Shown piece after piece: positions 27,447-34,952 of a stretch of DNA of 64,000 nt (the stretch's first letter is position 1; each line of letters starts with the position of its first letter). The DNA is from an uncultured Planctomycetaceae bacterium. GTDB taxonomy: Bacteria > Planctomycetota > Phycisphaerae > SM23-33. The notes under the pieces were generated by a model that worked only from the letters and a program-made list of their open reading frames with translations, searched no databases and had not been told where the DNA came from. The stretch covers positions 9,799 through 73,798 of the forward strand of contig CAZSLS010000008.1 of the NCBI GenBank assembly GCA_964607575.1, given 5' to 3'. A program made the translations under genes and the position numbers.

Positions 27447-30400
27447 CTATTTCTTTTTTTTCTTCTTCCTGTTGCGCGGCGGCTTGGGCGGTTTGGGCGA
27501 CGACGTCATCGTGTTGATCGTGCGTTGAAGGCTCTTGATCCTTCTTTCGGCCCGCTTCTTATCGGCGCTGGTCTTTGCGGCGGCGAGTTTCTTTTTCGCT
27601 TCTGCGAGTTTCGCCTCGAAGAGGGGCGCGGCGGCCTTTGCGTTGGGACCGATCTTGCCCAGGGCGGCTTCGGCGAAGCCCCTTGAGCCGCGGAGTCCGT
27701 ACGTTGAACTCGCCTCTGCGAGAAGGGCCTTGACGGCGGCGTCTGTGTTGTGGCCTCGCCGGGCCATGTTCACCAGCGACTCGCGGAGGCGGTTTCGCCC
27801 GCAGACGCTTGTTTCTTTGTGGAACGCCTCGATCAGCTCGCCGGCCTTGCCGTCGGTTTCGGGCTCCTGAACGTAGCCTAATACGTGCGATACCCCCGCG
27901 CGGACCCACCATTCCTCGTCGTGGGCCAGTGCGAGGACCTCGTCGAGATGCTGCGCGGCGGCCTTGCCGCAGTTGGCCAGGGCCATTAACGCGCCCTCGC
28001 GGATGTATGCGTCTTCGTGCTTGAGCAGGGGCAGGAGTTTTGGGACGGCCTGTCCGGCGATTTCGGTGGTCATCCCTTCCGGCCAGTTTGGTCTGCCTCG
28101 CCCGTTCATCGCGTACCTGCCGCCCAGCGCGTCGCACCCGCTGCGAATCACGCGGATGTCGTTGGAGTCGAGGGCCTTGAGAATATAGGGCATGGCCTTT
28201 TCGCCATCGGGCATCATCGAGTAGGCCGCATCTCGCCGGAGTCGCGAATCGTAGTGGCCCAGGTATTTTGCCCGTTCTGCAAGCGGGGTCTTCCTCGGCG
28301 CTTCGGAGCCCTTCTTCCCGGAAAAGTCGGCGCGAAGCGGCCCGATCGGGTCGTTAGGTTTTCCGGGCGGGTCCATGATCAGGCCCGTGGTCATCGCCGG
28401 CAGGACGGTGGTGAGCCTGGGGCGCCCGGGCGTCTTGGTCGACAGGTCGGGCGCGGCGAGTTTGGTTACGATCGCCCAGCCGTCGTCGCGAGGCTCAAAG
28501 CCCAGGGTGTCGCCGCGTGTGTTTGCGTACAGGCCGAAGTCCGCGCCATTGCCCGACGAGAGGCGGACGGCCAGCACGTTGCGGCCCTTGCCGAGGCGTT
28601 TGATCGTTGCCGGCGGCAGGTCGATGGTCACCAGCGCGTTCATCCTCATTCGCGGGCCTTGTGTGGCGTTGGACCAGAGGATCGGGGCTCCGTTGAGGAA
28701 CGCCACGGCCCGGGAGTTTTTCAGCAGGCGAAGCGTCAGCACTACCGACTTGTAGTCCGTTCGGTCGCAGTTAAAGACGATACGCAGATAGGGCGCCGAT
28801 CGCGGGGCGACTTGCAAGCCTTCGCCGCGACCGGCGATTGGCCCGGCGCCGGCGGTCCACTTGCTGTCGTCGAAATTCGCCTCGGTCCAGCCCTTTGGCG
28901 GCGCTTCGCCTCTGGGCACGCCGAGCAGGCGCCAGGTCGGTTTCTTGCCCGGATATCCTTTGCTGCAGGCTGCGGCCAGGGGGGTCCAGTTCTTGTCGAG
29001 CAGTTCGGTAAGCACGCCGGCTTGGTACAGCGTGTTCAGTGCGGCGATTTGCGTCCAGTTGCCGCTTCGGATTCCCGATACGCGGAGCATGCTTGCCCGA
29101 GCCAATTCGTCGATCCGCCACGTGCCGACATATTCCTTGTAGAGCAACTCGCTGTAAAACGTCCATCGCGAGGCGTCCGGCGAGGTGGCAAGTTCGTTGC
29201 GGGCGAGCCTCTGGTATGGTCCGGCCGACGGGTCGGCGGCCAGTTTCTCGAACACTTCGCGGGCCTTGGGGTGCGTGTAGGTCAACCACTTGTACCGCTC
29301 GTAAAGCCCGCGGGCCCTTGCCAGCGGTCCGGCGTTCTTGTGCGTGCGGATTTGCCAGCGGAATGCCCCGAGCCTAAGGTCCCTGCCTCCGCCGGCGAAT
29401 CGCGCCAGGTCGGTGGTCATCTGACTCGCACTGGCAAGGTTGTTTCCTGCTATCGCCGCTTCGATCTTCGCCAGTGTCAGCTCAATGTCCTTTTCCTTGC
29501 GATCGGCTGCGGCGAGCAGTTGACGGGCCAGGTCGCTGTCGGACTTCACCGTCTTGCGGAGGTTGTCAAACTTGCGGTCGCGGTACAGCTCGACGCCTTT
29601 TGCGATGTTCGCGGGCAGTTTTTGTGCTGCAAAAACGCTCCTGGGCCCGCCGTGGATTCGCAAGTTGGCTCCGGGCATAGCGTACAGTTGGGCCATTCCT
29701 CCGGTGGCCAGCACCGGGCCGCGGTAGGTGTAAATGTGCCCGATAATCGACTCGGGCAGCAGGAACCCGCCGTCCCAGCGGCGCGAGACGTTCATCAACC
29801 ACCCCCAGTGGTCGAGCATGCGGCGGTAGTCCGGGTAGTGCGGGTCGCGCGCCCCGTGGAAGTTTCCCCAGACGAATCCCATGAATCCACCGGTGTGCCC
29901 GCGCGTTCGCCCTTCGTAGCTGCCTGTGACCAGACGGGCGAAGTATTCGCTCTTGGCCCGGTCACCGAGGATATTGAAGCACACGCCCGGAATCGCGTTT
30001 TTGCCATTGCCCCCTCCGAACTCCGGGCGGTGATCGCCGTAAGGCACCGAACCGCGAAAGGCGAACCGCGAGAAGAACTTCGTGGCGTTATTCAGGGCTG
30101 TGTCGCTTACATCCGCCCGGCTTCCTTGATCAGCACCAGCGCCATCCAGCAGACCAATCCGCAGTTGTTCAAGTTGCCGCCCTGTACGTATCCCGGGGAG
30201 GGGTAAGGTCCGTGGCCCCACGAACCGCAGGGCAGTTGGCTTCGGGCCAGCGTGTCGGCGACCGCTTCGCAGATCGGCAGGATGGTTCGGTCGCCTGTCT
30301 TGAGGTAATACTCGGCCAGGAACAGGCCCATGTACCCCCAGCCCCAGTTGGTTGTGTTGGTGGATTCGGGGTCGAAGTATTTGCGGTATCCGTATGCCAG

Positions 30401-31024
30401 GCGCCGGGCGTTTTCCAGGTATTTCGGATTGTCCGATGCCAGCCAGGTCAGCCCGTTCAGCGCGAAGCCCACGTGTATCTTACCGTCGAACGTGCCGTCT
30501 GTGTTCTGGATGCGGGCGAGGTATTCGCAGGCGTCGATGTGGATGGCGCGACTCTTGGCGCAGTTGAAGGGCCAGTCGGCGCCTATCGCTCCGAGTTTGC
30601 GCATTGGGATCGTCAGGTTCTTTTTCACCCCGCCGCGCAAAACCTGCACCGCCAGCTTACCGGTGCGTTCGGACGGTTCGATCTGCAGGCCGAGCGTTTT
30701 GAGCGGCTCGGAGCCGAGCGCCTTACCGTTTACGGTCAGGATGATGTCGTTGGGCAGGGCGATCTTGTCGGCCGGTGATCCGTTCTCGACTTCCCGCACC
30801 ACCAGCTTGTCACCGAATATCCACCCGTTCATGCCCGTAGGACCGAATACGGTGGGCACGTGGAACTGCCTGCCGCACAGGGCAACGTCGGGACTCAGTT
30901 CGTCGCTGCGGAAGAAGTTGTCGCTCTTCGAGGGAGTTGCGCCCAAACCGAGCGTCGCCACCGCCGAGACGATTGCGATGATACTTGTGAGTTTGATGGG
31001 TGTCATGCCAGTTCCTTGATTCAC
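27447..31024 (-). pseudogene. Large secreted PDZ / alpha-alpha-toroid-like / HEAT-repeat protein, interrupted by a 1-nt frame change near 30107-30125
   Basis: ORF 30107..31024 (signal peptide, PDZ-like VVREVENGSPADKIALPNDIILTVNGKAL, toroid-like repeats) ends LVLIKEAGRM*. The overlapping frame of ORF 27447..30221 continues ADVSDTALNNATKFF with no plausible start nearby. The C-terminal part has HEAT-like repeats and a KPPKPPRNRKKKKKK tail. Confidence 0.55.
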
Positions 31025-32751
31025 TTGGCCAGCGAGACGCCGTGGCCCTTGTTATAGAGTGCGAGCACTTGCTCCTCGCTAAGCGGTCGGGACCAGATGC
31101 CCACCTCGTCGAACGCTTCGAACTGGCGGGCGATCTTCTTGATATTCCCGATCATCAACATCGCATCCTTGGCCGGGATGATGTGGTTGTCCTTCGCGAT
31201 ACCCCAGAACGGCTTGTCCAACTGTCCGCACGGGGCGCCCTTTTTCCCCTTGCCTCCCTTGGGCGCTTTGACGCCGTCGATGTATATCTCGAACGCCTTT
31301 CGCGAACCATCGTACATGACCGCCACGTGACGCCACTCATTACCGTCGGAGATAACATCGCCCGGACCGCCGTTGAACTTGAACCCCTTGGTCCCTCCGG
31401 CCAGACCGGCGGTTATAAACACCCCGCCCTTGGTTCCCCAGCACATGGCGTCCCAACCGGCGACGTTGGCGGTGTGGCTGTAGTACCAGTTGGTCGGAGC
31501 CCGCTCGATCTTCTTTCCGACGCCCTTTCCGATGCGCCCGCAACCGTAGTAGTTGGTGCGGTACCAGTAGGAAACCGTCAGGTTCTCGATATTTCCGCTC
31601 GCCCCGACCACATCCTTGTAATCGGGGAACTGAACGTGCTGCAGGCCGGTAAGCTGCAAACTCTTACCAATCACGCCCTGGGTCCACTCGGGTTTTCCGA
31701 TGAGCTTTCCGTCGGCGCAGCCGGCGTGGTCTTTTGTGGTCGCGCCCTTGCCTTCATCGAACGACCAGTATCCGATCAGGCCTTTGGTGAGTTTGGAAAG
31801 ATCGTACTTGGACTCCACCCGCTTGGCCCGGGCGGTGTACTTTCGGCCTGCTTTGAGCGTTTTGGCGTTGTCCTGGGGCACCGTGGTTTTGATGAAAGGC
31901 AGCATCGCCTTGCCCCCGCGCTCGCCGATGGTGATCATGCCCGGCGTGTTGTAGTGGCCTTTGGGATGCAGATCCATGGTTGATACCCATGCGGCCTGCC
32001 CGTCCGCCTCGGCGACCTTCTTCTGTGCGGCGCGAATCACCTTCCCGCCGCCTTTGCGGTTCCACACCGGGGCGGGCCCGATCTGGTAGATCAACACCGG
32101 TAGCTTGGGTACCGCCAGTTCGGTGCGCACGTCATGGATCAGGTCGCGCAAGTTCTCTTCATAATAATTCCAGAAGCCTGTCGAGCGATCATCCTTGACC
32201 ACTTCAGCCAGCGAATCGTTTTCGCCCTGGAACCAGACGAATCCGGCGAGTTCAAATTTTTGACCGTCATACTGCGGGTAGTCGCTCTTGGGATTGGCCA
32301 GGAAACGGTGGAATCGTCGCATCATGCGAAGGTACAGATCGCCCACCCTGCCGCCGGCCCGCTTGACCGCGCTGGGCGGACGCCAGCGGGTGTGCAGTTG
32401 CGTCCCGCCGGTGGCTGATTTGAACATGACGATGGGATTGTCGACGGCCTCGCCGAGGATTCTACCCATCACCAGTTCCGGACCGAAGATATTGTCGGAT
32501 GCGGCGCCTCCGCCAAAGCCGCATTTCAGCGGGCCGGATATCTTTCCAGCACGGATACACCACACGTCATCTCGCGGTTTATCTATGCCGGGGAATCGAG
32601 TGGTGCATTCCTTGCCGAAATAGTTGTGCCCTTCCATGTTGGATTGCCCGGCCATCAGGTAGATCTTGATTGGTTTCTTGTCCGCGGCCTGGGCGGAACC
32701 GGCGGCGATCAGGCAAAGCAACACCGCGACGATGATCTTATTATTCAGCAT
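31021..32751 (-). CDS. Secreted sialate-O-acetylesterase-like (SASA/SGNH) protein with a C-terminal LamG/concanavalin-like domain
   Basis: ATG at 32751 (MLNNKIIVAVLLCLIAAGSAQA). IYLMAGQSNMEGH and GFVWFQGEND are SASA-type blocks. The C-terminus LIGYWSFDEGKG ... NEWRHVAVMYDG ... VGIWSRPLSEEQVLALY is LamG-like. The stop overlaps the next start by 4 bp. Confidence 0.7.
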   Translation of the reverse strand: MLNNKIIVAVLLCLIAAGSAQAADKKPIKIYLMAGQSNMEGHNYFGKECTTRFPGIDKPRDDVWCIRAGKISGPLKCGFGGGAASDNIFGPELVMGRILGEAVDNPIVMFKSATGGTQLHTRWRPPSAVKRAGGRVGDLYLRMMRRFHRFLANPKSDYPQYDGQKFELAGFVWFQGENDSLAEVVKDDRSTGFWNYYEENLRDLIHDVRTELAVPKLPVLIYQIGPAPVWNRKGGGKVIRAAQKKVAEADGQAAWVSTMDLHPKGHYNTPGMITIGERGGKAMLPFIKTTVPQDNAKTLKAGRKYTARAKRVESKYDLSKLTKGLIGYWSFDEGKGATTKDHAGCADGKLIGKPEWTQGVIGKSLQLTGLQHVQFPDYKDVVGASGNIENLTVSYWYRTNYYGCGRIGKGVGKKIERAPTNWYYSHTANVAGWDAMCWGTKGGVFITAGLAGGTKGFKFNGGPGDVISDGNEWRHVAVMYDGSRKAFEIYIDGVKAPKGGKGKKGAPCGQLDKPFWGIAKDNHIIPAKDAMLMIGNIKKIARQFEAFDEVGIWSRPLSEEQVLALYNKGHGVSLAK

Positions 32752-32837
32752 GTGAAAGTTCCTTCTCTGCGGATAATGCCGGGTATATGGGCGCGACAAT
32801 TTTATTCGAGGGGCGGGGGCGTTGGCAAGAGCCGGCC

Positions 32838-33845
32838 CTAACTTGCGTAGAACCGCCTGCTTAGCGGGATGAACGCCAGATACGCCAGGCCCAAGGCGAT
32901 TGCCAACGGTATCCCCTCGTTATGGGCGCCGGTCGAGTAGCTGTTGAAGTAGACTACGGCGGCCTGGATCAGCAGCAGGTTGCCTACCAGTTCACCCACC
33001 ACGGTCTGGACGATTCGAGGTTCGCTCTTGCCCGTCAGTCGCCATCCGCAGACCAATGCGACAGCAACGGGCAAGCCCGCGATAACGATGAAACTCAAGC
33101 AACTCAGGACGTTGTCCCATTGAGGCCAGGGATACATCACGCAGGACATCCAGACCGCTGTTATCGCGCCAGGCAGCCATGGGCGGATCCGCATCCTGGA
33201 AGTTTTGGTTTCCCGCGCGGCGATCAGCGTGACCGAGGCGATGTAGAGGATCATGGGCGTGATCGGGTAGAACGGCCAGGAAAGCAGCATCGACAGCTTT
33301 TCCCACGCCAGCAACCCGCCTGCGGAGTCCTGCCCCAGATTCAGCGACGAACTGATCGCCAGCCCCAGAAAAATGCTGAGTCCCCGACAGAGCCCCATGT
33401 TCAGCGCCCCGGCGATCGGAATGCGCTTAACGCCCGCGTTGTAACTCACCACCGCCACCGCCAGTGCCGCGGCGATACCGGCGCAGAGCGCCCCGTTGAA
33501 TGCGGCCGCCGCCACACCGCCGATCAGGAGAATGATTGCAGTGATGGTGGCCGTTGTTGTGCTGATTTGGCCCGAAGGCAGGGGGCGGTTGGGCCGGTCG
33601 CGGCGGTCTTCTTTGAGATCGAACAGATCGTTGAGTATCAGCCCGGCGCAGTAGAGCAGAACGGCCGCGACGACACACGGGACAACCACCAGGATTCCTC
33701 CGGTGTCAACAAATCCTTTTTCGATGGATGAGTAGCATCCCCACGAGAAGAACCCCACGATCGGGTCTGCGGGCACGGTCAGGAGGTTCGGTATGCGCAG
33801 CAACTGCAACCAAGCGCCGAGTTGTGAGCGTTTCTCAGTTGTCAT
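32838..33845 (-). CDS. UbiA-superfamily prenyltransferase-like membrane protein (eboC-like)
   Basis: Multi-TM protein. The first Asp-rich motif is NDLFDLKEDRRDRPNRPLPSG. I see no second DxxxD-type motif; the region reads LIAARETKTS. Confidence 0.7.
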   Translation of the reverse strand: MTTEKRSQLGAWLQLLRIPNLLTVPADPIVGFFSWGCYSSIEKGFVDTGGILVVVPCVVAAVLLYCAGLILNDLFDLKEDRRDRPNRPLPSGQISTTTATITAIILLIGGVAAAAFNGALCAGIAAALAVAVVSYNAGVKRIPIAGALNMGLCRGLSIFLGLAISSSLNLGQDSAGGLLAWEKLSMLLSWPFYPITPMILYIASVTLIAARETKTSRMRIRPWLPGAITAVWMSCVMYPWPQWDNVLSCLSFIVIAGLPVAVALVCGWRLTGKSEPRIVQTVVGELVGNLLLIQAAVVYFNSYSTGAHNEGIPLAIALGLAYLAFIPLSRRFYAS

Positions 33846-33876
33846 GCGGTTGTTCGTTAGTGAGCGTTGCCGTTAT

Positions 33877-33930
33877 CGTAGACGCGGCGTCCCGCCGCGT
33901 CATTCAAAGCGGCTGGAAGCCGCTTCTACG
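33877..33930. repeat. 54-nt compound palindromic element flanked by a 10-bp direct repeat
   Basis: The outer stem cgtaga/tctacg encloses two hairpins: gacgcggcg-tcc-cgccgcgtc and agcggc-tggaa-gccgct. gttgccgtta occurs at 33866-33875 and 33939-33948. A collapsed copy lies at 46377..46402. Confidence 0.6.
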
Positions 33931-33999
33931 TTTACGCCGTTGCCGTTACTTGAAAATTGGGCGTTTCTTGTTGGCTGTTGGATGTTCTTCCGTCGCCGT

Positions 34000-34845
34000 T
34001 TACCGTTGAAACTCCCGCGGGTCCATTGGTTCTATGTCCAGTTCGGGTTTCCAGCGGGGGCACTGGGAGTAAAATGCGTTGGCGTTTCCCATTACCAGGC
34101 GCTGGATCATCTCGTCGTCGTGCCCGTCGCCCTGCATGAAATCGATCACCTTGATCAGGCTCAGCGGGTCGGAGACGCCCCAGTCGGCGGACCCCGAGAC
34201 TATCACGCGATTGGCGTCGCTGCCGAGATTCCGCAGAATCGCACTGACGCGCTGGGGCGTGAGTTTCGAGAACGGATAGACCGTCAGACCGCAATAGCAA
34301 CCGGTTTCGTTGACGGCCTGTTCGATGGTCTCTTCGACATTGTGATCGAGATATATCTTCGATTCATCGTAGCCGACCTCGCGTATGACCTTCATCGAAC
34401 GCTTTATGCCCTCGGGCTTGTTGAGGTGGGGCAGGTGAACGATCACCAGCATGTTTCGCTCGGCGGCTAGCTCGAGTTGGCGGCGGAACGCGTATTCTTC
34501 GGCGTCGGAGATGTTGTTGAAGCCGATTTCGCCGAGCGCGACGCACCGTTCGTGGTCGAGGTACTCGCCCATACCGGCGAGCACTTCATCGACCAGTGGT
34601 GTGTTTTCGGCCTCTTTAGGGTTGTAGGCGATTGCTGCGAAGTGGTCTATTCCGAATCGCCGGGCGCGGACGGTCTCGAATTCGAGCACCAGGCGGAAGT
34701 AGTCGAAGAACGTTCCGGCGTAGCGGCGGTCGGACCCTAGCCAGAACGAAGGCTCGACGCACGCGCGGATACCGGCGGAGAACATGGCCTGGTAATCGTC
34801 GGTGGTGCGGGAGTACATGTGTATGTGCGGTTCGATAATGATCAT
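34000..34845 (-). CDS. TatD-like metal-dependent hydrolase (eboB-like)
   Basis: Start MIIIEPHIHMYSRT (HxH metal motif; ATG at 34845). VALGEIGFN, MLVIVHLPH and VIVSGSADWG are consistent with a TatD/amidohydrolase TIM barrel. Confidence 0.6.
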   Translation of the reverse strand: MIIIEPHIHMYSRTTDDYQAMFSAGIRACVEPSFWLGSDRRYAGTFFDYFRLVLEFETVRARRFGIDHFAAIAYNPKEAENTPLVDEVLAGMGEYLDHERCVALGEIGFNNISDAEEYAFRRQLELAAERNMLVIVHLPHLNKPEGIKRSMKVIREVGYDESKIYLDHNVEETIEQAVNETGCYCGLTVYPFSKLTPQRVSAILRNLGSDANRVIVSGSADWGVSDPLSLIKVIDFMQGDGHDDEMIQRLVMGNANAFYSQCPRWKPELDIEPMDPREFQR

Positions 34846-34952
34846 CTGCGGTTCCTTTTGGTCGGCCCGTAAGCTATATTCAGTGTTCGATTTTCGAAAA
34901 AACATTATAACCCCAAGTCGGACCCGCTTGCACGACTGAACGGAATTGAATC

